From Mobula hypostoma (Eukaryota): a DNA stretch of 64,000 nucleotides. Within the stretch, counting starts at the first letter, position 1; the number at the start of each line of letters is the position of its first letter. Made by a program: the position numbers and the translations under genes. Shown in pieces: positions 13,653 to 25,277 of this stretch. The DNA is taken from NCBI RefSeq assembly GCF_963921235.1, contig NC_086097.1:156304001-156368000 (forward strand), read 5' to 3'. The notes under the pieces are model-generated. The model was not told the origin of the DNA and did no database searches. It worked only from the letters and a program-made list of their open reading frames with translations.

Positions 13653-13920
13653 GGGGCGGTATGGTAGTGTAGTGGTAAGCACAATACTCTACATTACAAG
13701 TGACCCGGGTTCAATTCTGGTCGCTGCTTATAAGCAGCTTGTATGTTCTTCCCGTGACTGCATGTGTTTCCCCTGGGTGCTCCGATATCCTCCCACAGTC
13801 CAAAGATGTACCGGTTGGTAGATTGATTGGTCGTTGTAAATTGTCCTGTGATTAGGCTAGAATTGCTAGGCAGTGCAACCAGAAGGGCCCACTTCATGCT
13901 GTATCTATCTGAATTATAAA
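13653..13920 (+). mobile_element. tRNA-derived V-SINE
   Basis: A box TGGTAGTGTAGTGG, B box GGTTCAATTC, V-domain GGGTGCTCCGATATCCTCCCACAGTCCAAAGA. Confidence 0.85.
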
Positions 13921-14705
13921 AAAATTTACATTGATCAGAAACTTCCTGTCTGGCATTCTAAAGGTAACATGGAATTTGTCTGCTTTAGTGTCATATTAGT
14001 CTGATTTATGTCATAATGCAAAGTCTCCTCTGAATCACTGAAATTGCAGGTTGTGATGGAAAGCTTCTGAGACGCGCTGAAGAAGAGTTCACACGCTGTA
14101 TGTATCTGGCCAACATAGCTTATTACTTTCTAGTCAGGATTTTCTGCAGGAAAATGTCATCCATGCCAATGCCTAAAAAAGCATGTTTAAATTATTTGAA
14201 AAATTGATTTTCCATGTTTTATTTTCTCCTGTAAACTGTGATTCAGGAAATTATGTAACAGTTGGTTATTTTTTTTCTCACCTATGTGCTGACAAATAAT
14301 CTGGTTATGTACTTAGAGAATTAAACAATGTGCTCTGCAAATGCTTTATACAGATTGGCTAACGATGCAGGGGCCCAAGCAGATGTACTGGAGGTGGGAA
14401 AGTCAACAGAAATATATTATTTCGATTGATGGGCCTCTACCCAGTGAGATTGTTACTACATGCATTGTGGTATTTTCTTAAATCAAATTTTGAACCTCTG
14501 ACAACAAAGCTTCCATTTCATTATTCAGCAGAGGCTTATCCCCAGACATCAATCTTTTCAGTCAGAAACACTCTGAAGCTTAACCTAGCACAACAATTTC
14601 TGCCGCAAAAGAAAATCACCTTGAGCTGTAGGGTTCAAGGAGACACTTGGATAGTGAAGGTATAAATTTAAGTCCAAGGAACCAATCCTTGCAAGAACTC
14701 AACAC

Positions 14706-14995
14706 AGTTCTGATGAAGGGTCACATAGTGAACCTGAAATTTTTACTGATTCTCATTCCACAGACATTTACTGACCTGTTGTGGTTTTCAACATTTTCTC
14801 TTCTTATTTCCGACCTCTGGTTCTTTACTTATCTTTGCCACTGTAATGTCTTTACAACTTCTCAAACTAATTGAAAAGATGCTGATGCTGGTAATCTGAA
14901 ACAAAACTAGATATGCTGTAGATAATCATCATTTAGGGAGCACCTGTGAAGAGAAACTGAGTTAATATTTCAGGTTAATAATCTGTCATTAGAGC
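14706..14995. mobile_element. Two old, oppositely oriented Penelope family A terminal-repeat remnants
   Basis: CTGATGAAGGGTC...CCTGAAAT on + at 14710; GATGCTGGTAATCTGAAAC...TTTCAGGT reverse copy at ~14878-14995. Confidence 0.5.
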
Positions 14996-16004
14996 AACTC
15001 ACTCTATTAATATATTCTCTACCATTCTCTATCTGTCACTTGCTGCAGGAAGGGACTATGTTTACACAGTTCTATGTCTGAACAAAGATGTGTTTATAAT
15101 ATCAGAACATAATTTGTTTCATTTTTCATTAATATTATGCCACACTGTAATGAAAGAAAAGGTTAAGATGAAGTGGTTGTGAACTATTTGTTTCCCTTTG
15201 CTGCAAAAGAATCTTAAGTTCTTCAATATATTGTAAGCTAGTACCAGCTCATGAATACATCAATTATCTCATTGTATACAGCTGTAAATAGCTGCTTTGT
15301 GCTAAATTATTTCACTAGCATACTGTTGTAAAACAGTGGGAGAACTCTACTGTAAAATCAAGGTAGCAACATAATCAGAGCAAACTACCCTTTTTCAATA
15401 AACCAACAGTCAACTGCTGAGTTAGGTTAATTTGACTAATAATATTTTAATTTGAAAAACGATGATTGCAATTATCTAGTTAATAAGTAGCTTGTTAACA
15501 AAATATTCCATTCAAAGGGTTTTGTTTTCAGAGCATGAATTAATCACTTACACTTCCTTTGGAAATCTGTTAGATTCTAGACAAAATTAGTAGTTGGTTT
15601 AGGAGATGGAGATACTTGGCAATAACTGCTCATTGCCAAGGTTCTGTGAAAGATTTATCCTTTTTTTTTTATCTCAGCACACAGAAATAAAATCGAATAC
15701 CTTTCCTTAATCCTACTCGATGAATTGGAAGAGATGGGTAATGGACTGGAACGATGTGATGTTTATATCAATGTATGTAATTTATGTAGTAATATAAATA
15801 TTATTCATAGGGCTTGTCCTCTGAACCAACAAGCATTATGGGGGCTTATCAATTGGTACTGTTTTGATCTTTTGCAGACACCATTTGAGTTGATCTCAAT
15901 GAGGCTATGTTTGTAATCATGTGCATCCAGCAAGCTTGAAAAATAGACTTCTTCAAGGACAAAACCACACCACCACATTTTTATATGTTAAGATATAGTG
16001 TATC

Positions 16005-16300
16005 ATCTTTTCCACTCTGGATCCCCTCTTCCTTTTCTCTTCTCCTCACCTACTTATCACCATCCCCTGATGCCCCTCCTCCTTCCCTTTCTCCCATGGT
16101 CCACTCTCTTCTCCCATTCATTCTCTACCGGCTATTACCTCCAAGCTCCTTACTTCATCCCTCTGCAAAACCTACCCAATGAAGGGTCTCACCCGAAACT
16201 TTGACTGTTTATCCATTTCCATAGATGCTGCCTGGCCTGCTGAGGTCCTCCAGCATTTTGAGTAGGTTGCTTGGATTTCCAGCATCGGCAGATTTTCTCT
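16005..16300 (+). mobile_element. Penelope family A 3' region (pyrimidine tract plus terminal repeat)
   Basis: C/T-rich tract then ATGAAGGGTCTCACCCGAAACTTTGACTG...GATGCTGCCTGGCCTGCTGAG. Confidence 0.75.
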
Positions 16301-16563
16301 GAGCCAATCAGGAGACATGTATTTAGCCCATATGGCTTATGTCTATATAAAGTTCTCTATTCTTTTGAATTCATGACACAAATATTCAAGGTAGTGGTTA
16401 GTATGAACGGAAGTGTTCCAAAGCTCCAACAGTTTCCTTCAGATGACTAACTGTATTACAAGACTGGTTTGTAGATGACCTCCAAATACTCGCAGTGGCT
16501 ATATCATTAGGTACACCTAAACACTGGCTTGTTAATGCAAATATTTAATCAGCCAATGCATAA

Positions 16564-17497
16564 GAGTCAAAATCGAAGTAATTTATTATCAAAGTATGTA
16601 TACCTTATACAACCTTGCGATTGAGATTCATCTTCTTACAGGGAGCTACAAAACAAAGAAACTCAATAGAACCCATTAAAACAAAAGAAAACTACCAAAT
16701 GCCGAACATGCAGGAAAAAAAGAAAGAAAACGTGGAAACAATAAGCAAGTAGCACTCAGAATGGAAGTTCACAAAAGTGAGTTCACACTGTAATAGTTGC
16801 AGACCACAGCCACAGTCTGGTGCAGAGATAAGTAAACCCCGCAGGGTAATGAGCTGAAACTCAGCATGGAGACAAGTAAACCATATGGAGAAGCGATTTG
16901 AACTGCCCTGTGCCTCACTTCCAGCCCCAACATCCTGTCCCGTTTTATCTGGCCCAGTGCTTAAATCATCCAGACCTTGCTCTCAGACAGGGACCCTTCC
17001 ACTCCAATACACTCTCAGGCTGGTGCTCCACCACCTCAATTCGGCCAGTATCCAACTTTTCCAATTTGGCTCAGCACTTAAATCAATCAAACCTCAGATC
17101 TTTCATCACTGTCAGACCCGAGTCTGGGCTCTACCATCTCAACTCAGCATCACCTCTGCTCACCACGCCTCGGTTCCGCTGAATCGGATCGCCTCCACGT
17201 TCGCTCCAGGACTGGCCAAACATCGGCTTATTCCCCTCTCTCCAGCTCAGACCCCATCACCTTGATTCAGCCCATACACACCACCCCGCAGTTGTCCTGC
17301 ACCTTCGAGAATTCAAAATTGCCAAGTCATACAGGTGATTCAAATGCTCAGCTTCGATAGGGAAGTTTCAGTCTATTGTTTACAGTGATCACTTAGCAGA
17401 AAAAGTGTAATTAATGAAATATTTATTTGCTTTCTTTGTTTTATTTGCCACCAGCAAGTAGTCACTGAGCTTCAACAGCAGCATCTTAAACCGAGAG
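16564..17497 (-). mobile_element. Non-autonomous non-coding retroposon with Rex/Babar-like 3' end (AAGATG-headed family 1)
   Basis: Both ends resemble 57927-58835; tail end resembles the 3' end of the Rex/Babar at 47880-47950; no coding capacity. Confidence 0.6.
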
Positions 17498-17669
17498 CAG
17501 GCAGACTTGGTCAAGGAGTTTAGTTGTTGTACAGACCCAGTTTCAGAATGGGATAAAAATGTGATCAAAGTGACTTTGACCATGGAATGAATGTTGGTGC
17601 CTGACAGGGTGGTTTGAGTATCTCAATAACTGCTAATCTCCTGGGATTTTCATGCACAACAATCACTAA

Positions 17670-18379
17670 CAAAGTCATTTCTCTCTTTCAAAGGTCCTGA
17701 GAAAGTCATCCACGCCCTTATATCCTCCCACTTGGACTACTCCAACTCCCTGTATACTGGGATTAGTCAGTTGTCCCTGTTCCGCCTGCAACTGGTCCAG
17801 AACGCCGCAGCCAGGCTCCTGACAGGTGCCCAGAATAGGGACCACATTACTTCTATCCTGGCCTCTCTCCACTGGCTACCAGTATGGTTTAGAATTGATT
17901 TTAAGGTTCTTCTGTTTGTTTATAAAGCCCTAAATGGGTTGGCCCCCTCCTATATCGCAGACCTTCTAACCCCTTATTCTACTTCCAGGTCGCTCAGGTC
18001 GGCTGACTTGGGGCTTCTGGCTGTCCCGCGATCTACATTTAAGTTCAGGGGTGACCGCGCTTTTGCTGTTTTAGCCCCTAGACTGTGGAACAGCATTCCC
18101 CTCCCTATCAGATCTGCCCCCTCCATTGACTCTTTTAAGTCCAGGTTCAAAACTTACCTTTATTCACCAGCATTTGAATCTTCCTGATGTGGCTTATTTT
18201 TGGCTTGTGCCTAGGCTCATGTGTTGTTTATTCTGTGACTATAAGCTGTGTGCCTTGTTGTTTATATCTGTGTTTCTTGTATTTGTGATTTTAGCTACCT
18301 GTTATGGTTTGTACAGCACTTTGGTCAACATGGGCTGTTTTTAAATGTGCTTTATAAATAAATTTGACTTGACTTGACT
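17670..18379 (+). mobile_element. L2 LINE 3' fragment
   Basis: Open frame LDYSNSL...LQLVQNAAARLLTG..RDHITSILASLHWLPV.FRIDFKVLL..YKALNGLAPSY...APRLWNS; AATAAA plus (TTGAC)n tail. Confidence 0.92.
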
Positions 18380-18699
18380 CTAAATTTTACAGAGAATCGT
18401 GCAAAAAAGAAAAAGAAAAAAATTCAGTGAGCTGCAGTTCTTTGGGCGAAAATGTCTTGTTAATGAGAGAAGTCAGAGGAGAATGGCTAGACTGGTTCAA
18501 GCCAATAGGAAGGTGACTATAACTCAAATAATCATGCATTTCAAGAGTGGTATGTGGCAGAGTATCTCTGAATGGACAACACATCAAATCATCAAGTGGA
18601 AGAGCTACAGCAGCAGAGATCACAAAAACACAGCTAGCTGCTGTTTTAGACATGATAACCATTCCAAAATTGAATGGCTTGTCATTTGAAGAGTGTTTG

Positions 18700-19122
18700 A
18701 TGGGTCATGTCCTGCATTCACTAAAATTTGGAATAATGATGGTGACCTCATTGAAACCTATTAAATGGTGAAAGCCCTTGATAGAGTGGATGTAGAGAGG
18801 ATGTTTCCTATGGTGGGAGAGTCTAAGACCAGAGGACATATTCTCAGAATAGAGAAGCGCCCCTTTAGAACAGAGATGAGGAGGGATTTCTTTAGCAAGA
18901 GAGTGCCAAGTCTGTGGAATACATATCAATAAGCAGCTGTGGAGGCCAAGTCTTTATGTATATTTAAGACAGAGGTTGATGGATTTTTGATTAGTCAGGG
19001 AACGTAGGGATACAGGGAGAAGACAGGAGCTTGGAGCTGAGAGGAAAATTGGATCAGCCATGATGAAATGGTGGAGCAGACTCGAGGGACCAAATGGCTA
19101 CGTCTGCTCCTACATCTTATGG
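18700..19122 (+). mobile_element. CR1 3' fragment
   Basis: DRVDVERMFPMVGESKTRGH-type C-terminus and CTGCTCCTACATCTTATGG tail. Confidence 0.85.
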
Positions 19123-19467
19123 CTTTTTATACAAATTAAAATAACTTTTTGTTCATACAAATTCTTCTGCAAATTTAACACAAATTCCATATGAGATTGG
19201 ATATTAAAGATTAAAAATTAGCTTTATTTGTCACATGTACATCAAAACATACAGTGAAATGCATCATTTGCATTAAGTCAAATCAGCGAGGACATTGGTA
19301 GGCAAATTATCCTCTGAAGTCCCAATAGCATACATTTAGGAAAATTTAGTACAGTGGATAAAATATTCTTCAAGTAAACTGAACAGAAATTGAGAAAGTG
19401 GGGTACTTTCGTCTCTAAGACCAAAGAGAATTTTGCACTCTATCTGGATCTTTTCATTCTACGAAGA

Positions 19468-20147
19468 CAGGAGAAGATGGGGGCGCGACGCAGCATGCAG
19501 TGGCCACTCCGGTGATGAATATCTGTTATCTGTCAAGTAGGGTGCCATGCACAATCCTCATTTGATGGAGGCAGAAGTGAGAGCACGGAGGAACATCTGG
19601 TGAAACTTCTGAAGTGCCTGTTTCACTGCCGCTGCTACTGTGTGATCCAGAATCTCCGGAGGGGAAGGGCCCGGGTCCTCGGCTTTGCTTGTTGCTCAGT
19701 GGCTGGGGTGGGGTCGAAGCACTCGGCAGAGATAGTGCTCGGTGTCGGACAGCTGGTCGGAGGCTCGAAGTTTTTGGACGGACTCAGAGTTGGCTGTGGT
19801 CGGGTGCTTCCAATGGTGATGCATCGGCAGGTTTGCAGCGCTGGAGGTTCATGGCAGGGAGAGTTTCTCCCTTCTACCGTCTGCGTGAGATGATGGGCTA
19901 TCGGGACTTTGAGACTTTTTTTTACCGTGCCCATGGTCTGCTCTTTATCAAATTATGGTATTGCTTTGTACTGTTGTAATTATATGTTATAATTATACGT
20001 TTTTTGTCAGTTTTAGTCTTCGGTCTGTCCTGTGTTTCTTGTGATATCATACTGGAGGAACATTGCATCATTTCTTAATGCATGCATTTCTAAATGACAA
20101 TGAACGAGGACTGAGTGTCCTCATAATCTAATCTAATCTAATCTAAT
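19468..20147 (+). mobile_element. Non-autonomous SINE-like retroposon (AAGATG-headed family 2)
   Basis: Full-length homologous copy on - strand at 37329-37953; 3' hairpin GAGGAC-TGAGT-GTCCTC (20106-20122) then (AATCT)n tail. Confidence 0.8.
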
Positions 20148-20204
20148 TAGAGCAAGAATAATATTCCAAGTAGTCTGCCTTAATGATTTAAATCCAAGCC
20201 CATA

Positions 20205-21350
20205 ACTCAGTGAAAGTGGCAATAGAAGGCAATAGGGTGGTAAAGAAGATATATGGCATGCTTGCCTTTATTAGTTGAGGCAATGAGGTAAAGATACAAA
20301 AGCTTCATAAATCTCTGGTTAGGCTACATCTGGAGGATTACTTTCAATTCAAGCCACCTTATTATAGGAATGATGCAAAAGCTTTAGAGAGGGTGCAGAA
20401 AAGGTTTACAAAAATCCTGCCTGAAGCAACATGTCTAAAGAGAATCTGCTTAAGGAGAGGTTGATAAACTAGGGCTATTTTCTCTGGAGCTCCAAAGGCT
20501 GAGCGAAGACCAGATAGGAAGACTTGATAAACTTGCGAGAAGTATGACATGGATGGAGTAGTCATCTGCTATCTTTTTCCCAGGGTTGAATTGTCTCGCA
20601 TGCATGCCCAGAGAGCATACATTTAAAATGGGATTAGGTCAGTTTAAAGTTTTTTTTACGAAGGAGAGTGGTGAGTGCCTGGAATGGATTGTTTTGGTGG
20701 TGGTGGATGCAAGTATGATAGAGACCTTTAACAGGCTCCTCGAAAGGTATATAAATATCCAGTAAATGGAGGTATTTGTACAATTAGTAAGCAAAGATTA
20801 TTTGAATAATTATCCATCATTAGCTTAAGTAGTTCGAAACAACATAATAAGCAGAAGGGCCTGTTCCTATATTGCTCTATAAACAGGAGGTTCTGCAGAT
20901 GCTGGAAATTCAGATCAATGCACCTTATTGGAAATGAGAAAGGAAGAAGCTAGAATAAGAAGATCTCGGAAAGGGGAGATGTACAGACTGGCAGGTGATA
21001 GGTGAAGACAAGTGAGGGTGAAGGTGGGTGGTATGAAGTAAGAAGCTGGGAGGTGATAGGTGGAACATTTAAAGGGGTGAAGGAGGGGGAATCTGATAAG
21101 AGAGGAGAGGGGACCATGGGAGAAAGGGAAGGAGGAGGGACAGCAAATGGAGATGATGAGCAAGTGAGGAGAATGCAAGGGATAAGAGTGGTCACAATGG
21201 GGAATGGAGAAAGAGAGAAGGGGGAAGGGGATACATTACCAGAAGTTAGATGCTGCAGCAACAGCACTGGACACAGTTGATGACCCTAACAGACTTACAG
21301 GTGAAGTGTTGCCTCACTTGGAAGTATTGCTCTACATTCTATGTTTTATG
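20205..21350 (+). mobile_element. Degenerate CR1 3' fragment interrupted by a Penelope insertion
   Basis: YKSLVRLHLE...ALERVQKRFTK-like remnants; tail resumes at 21335 after a TSD-flanked insert. Confidence 0.75.
20880..21324 (-). mobile_element. Penelope family A internally deleted copy
   Basis: CTGCAGATGCTGGAAATTC terminus, purine tract, CAGGTGAAGTGTTGCCTCACTTGGAAG GIY-YIG remnant; 10-bp TSD TATTGCTCTA (20870-20879 / 21325-21334). Confidence 0.8.
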
Positions 21351-21577
21351 TCAATTAAATGAGGCAGATACATTTTAACCTGATTCATAGGTTTTCCAAA
21401 TATTATTCCATTTTTCTTTACTTTTATTATGTTTAAACACTATATGAAGATAGATTTGAAGCTATACAGCATTTTTCACGTCTCTGCCAAAGTGCTCCAA
21501 AATAATTTACATCAAACAAAAATACCTTTTCAGGTTTGGTAACACTTCAACATTAGGAAACTCTGAGCCAAGCTGTA

Positions 21578-21910
21578 CACAGCAAGTTTCCACAAACAAC
21601 AGCCTGATAATGAGTAGATGAACTGTTTCATTTAGTAAATTTAATTGTTGGAAAAATATCGACGGGAATACCATTGCTAACTCCAATCCTCTTCCTCAAG
21701 GTATCCTATGGGATATTTTTACGTCCACTCAAAGGAGAAAATAGTTTAATGTCTCATCTGAAAGGCAACACCTCCAACAATACAGTTTTCTCTGAATATA
21801 CCATCAGATTCCAATCTAGATTTTTGTGTTCAAATCTTTGGAGTTTGATTTAGAGTCTAAACATGCAATTTAGAGTTGAGAATGGTGTTCACTGAACCAC
21901 AGCTAACACA
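21578..21910 (-). mobile_element. DeuSINE (SacSINE1/AmnSINE1-like) remnant
   Basis: Deu-domain-like ATGGGATATTTTTACGTCCACT and GTTTAATGTCTCATCTGAAAGGCAACACCTCCAACA. Confidence 0.7.
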
Positions 21911-23542
21911 ACTATGTATAAGCTGTTGTTGTCTCTCAAAGTCTTTCAACGGAAGAGTATATTAGCTTCCTACAATTAAAAGCAGAGAGAAAAAACAGAC
22001 CTAAGTTTATTCATGGTTCAGTCTTACTCTCAGATTCTGTTAAACAATTCAATAAGATGCTGAATTAATTTCCCTCCGTCTCTCCGATATTGACGAACTG
22101 ACTGCTGCAAAATTAGTTTTCTTTTTGTTTTTGTTTCCAATTTTTGATAGTTGATTACAAAGTGGCAGTTAACTTAGTGTCAAGGGCGCAAATTCACAAA
22201 GCTGCACTTTTAAATACCTTTCATACATCAAAAGCCTTTTCCAATTCCAATGATTATGTTCAGCCAACTACCAGCACTGAAGAAGACAATTAGATTATAC
22301 CCCATGAGCTACTCTCTGTAACAGTGCACTGTCTTTCATAAATGTCCTCTTTCTACTTTCCAATGTCCTTCAAAACTATCTCTTCATGCCATCATATATT
22401 TTTGCATTGAACTATGTTGTCATGTAACAGAATGCTCAACTAAGCTGCCTTTATGTGTGAGGTACAGTAGCAGATGTACTAGTAAAGCAAAACTAGGTAT
22501 TTTGACAAAATGCCTATTAAACAACATCTGCAGCCATGTCAAGACACTGTAACTATCTCAGAATGGTGATTAAATTGTTGTTAATGCCTTGTCCCTAGGC
22601 TGTCCCTGAAAGCCATCACTTGCTGCTTTACATTCCACTGTCAGAAGGTTTTTCTTTCAAATTGAGAAGGAGGGATATAATGAACAGTTCATTATGCAGT
22701 GGATCATAAATTAATACAATTTAATTAATGTGTCAATTGCCAATCATTGGAAGCTGTGTGCAAAGAAATGAACTGATTTGTAAATCAGCACACTAACAAA
22801 ATATAGCTCCTTTAACATAAAGCATCACAGGAGCATTATCAAATAAAAAATCATACAGAGCCTGAAAATGAGATACAATGACAGTACATTGGTTGGGAGT
22901 TTTTAAAGATACACAGAGAGGAAATGAAAGTCAGAGATTCCAGACAATTTCAGCTGAATGCACAGTCATAATGGAGGAGTAAATTATCTTTTTTTATCAT
23001 TTATTTCTGTTTCAGGATGACTTTATTTTTAAGTTGTCCCATGGTAATGAGGGGAACTTCCTTCAAGTACAGGTCTCCAGGTTCTGAGGTGGCTAATGAA
23101 GCAAATGACCATAAGACCTTGACATAAGAACTGAATTTTACCACTCAGGCCATTGAATCTGCTCCACCATTCCATCATGACTAATTTATTATCCACCTCA
23201 AACCCATTCTCCTGCCTTCTCCCCATTACCTTTGACGCCTTGATTAATCAAGAACCTATCAATTTCCTCTTAAGTATACTCAATAAATTGGCCTGTATGA
23301 CAATCTGTGACAATGATTTCCACAGATTTACCATTCTCTCATTAAAGACAATTTTCCTCATCTCTGTTCTAAATAGATGTCCCTGTACTTTGAAGGAGGA
23401 CCCCTGATTCTAGGCTCCCCCACTATAGGAAACATCTCCACATCCACTCTATCAAGGCCTTTCAATATTCAATAGATTTCAATGAAATTTCCCCTATCCA
23501 TTCTTCTAAACTTCAGTGAGTACAGACCTAGAGCCATCAAAC

Positions 23543-23920
23543 CATAAGACCATAAGACAAAGGAGCAGAAGTAGGTCATTCAGCCCATCGAGTCTGCTCC
23601 GACATTTTATCATGAACTGATCCATTTTATCCTATTTAGTCCCACTGCCCCGCCTTCTCACCATAACCTTTGATGCCCTGGTTACTCAGATACCTATCAA
23701 TCTCTGCCTTAAATACACCCAATGACTTGGCCTCCACTGCTGCCCGTGGCAACAAATTCCATAGATTCATCACCCTCTGACTAAAAAAATTTTTTCGCGT
23801 TTCTGTTCTGAAAGGGCGCCCTTCAATCCTGAAGTCATGCCCTCTCGTACTAGACTCCCCCATCATGGGAAACAACTTTGCCACATCCACTCTGTCCATG
23901 CCTTTTAACATTCGCTTTAA
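23543..23920 (-). mobile_element. Young CR1 3' fragment nested in the older CR1
   Basis: Near-identical to 54285-54668; (CCATAAGA)n tail; CAAAC duplicated at 23538-23542 / 23921-23925. Confidence 0.9.
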
Positions 23921-24074
23921 CAAACGCTCCTCATCTGTTAACCCTTTCATCCCAGAATCATTCTCGTGAATGTCCTCTAGACCCTCTCCAATGCCAGCAC
24001 ATCTTTTCTTCAATAAGGGGCACAAAACTGCTCACAAAACTCCAAGTGTATGAAAAACAATGCCTTATAAGGCT

Positions 24075-24272
24075 AACAACAAGAATTCTGCAGGTGCTGT
24101 AAATTCAAGCAACACGCATCAAAGTTGCTGGTGAACGCAGCAGGCCAGGCAGCATCTCTAGGAAGAGGTACAGTCGAGCCCTGACAAAGGGTCTCGGCCT
24201 GAAACGTTGACTGTACTTCTTCCTAGAGATGCTGCCTGGCCTACTGCATTCACCAGCAACTTTGATGTGTGT
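24075..24272. mobile_element. Palindromic Penelope family A mini-element with hammerhead in the loop
   Basis: 69-bp inverted arms 24109-24177 / 24207-24275 (64/69); 14-bp TSD TGCCTTATAAGGCT (24061-24074 / 24273-24286). Confidence 0.88.
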
Positions 24273-25277
24273 TGCCTTATAAGGCTTCTGCAATGAATTC
24301 CTGCTTTTGTATTTTAGTCCTCTCAAAATGAATGCTAACATTGCATTTGGCTTCCCTACCACTGACACAACCTGAAAGTTAATCTTTAGGGAATCCTGCA
24401 CAAGGACTCCCAAATCACTATACACCTCAGAATTTTGAAATTTCTCCCCACTTAGAAAATAGTCTATGCTTGTATTGTTCCAACAAAGTGCATGATCATG
24501 TGCTTCTCTGCACTATATTCCCTCTTTGCACATTCTCTCTATCTGTCTTTCCTCCTGCTCCCTCAACATTATCTCCCTCTCCACCTATCCTTGTACCATC
24601 CGAAAACTTATCTATAAAGCCATTGGTTCTTTCTTCCAAATCATTGACCCCTGTGGCACACCACTAGTCACTGGCAGGCAACCAAAAAAGGCCTGCTTTA
24701 TTCCCACTCTTTGCCTCCCGCCAGTCAGCCAATCTTCCATCCATTCTGTATTACCATAGATTCTTATCTTGTTAAGCAGCCTCATGCTTAACAATCCAAA
24801 TAAACAACACCGACTGACTCCCCTTTGTCTATCCTGCCTGTTGTTTCTTCATAGGATTCCAACAAATTTTCCCTTAAGGAAGCCATGCTGACATTGGCCT
24901 ATTTTTTTCATGTGCTGCCAAGTAATCCGAAATCTCATCCTTAATAATAGACTTCAACATCTTTCCAACCACTAAAGTCAGGCTAACTGGCCTATAATTT
25001 CCTTTCTTCTGCTGCCGCACCTTCTTGTAGAATAGAGTGACTTTTTCCATATTCCAGTCCTTTGGAACCATTACATAATTTAGTAATTCTTCAAAGATAA
25101 TTACTAATTCTTCCACAATATATTCAGCTTCCTCTTTCAGAACGCTGGAGTTTAGTCCATTTGGTCCAGGTCATTTATTCACCGTCAGACTTTTCAGCTT
25201 TCCAAGCACCTTCACCTTAGTAATAGTAACGGCACTCACATTTATCCCCTGAGATTCATGTTTCTGACATTCTGTAA

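Larger units (their letters stand above)
16489..18617 (+). mobile_element. Tc1/mariner remnant split by two later insertions
   Basis: TA plus TIR-like CAGTGGCTATATCATTAGGTACACC at ~16489; transposase N-terminus DFDHGMNVGA..GLSIS..NLLGFS (17560-17668) resumes at 18380 with GRKCLVNERSQRRMARLVQANRKVTITQI. Confidence 0.8.

Noticed and set aside
13653..13730. tRNA gene
   Set aside because: A/B boxes run directly into a V-SINE body; no complete cloverleaf
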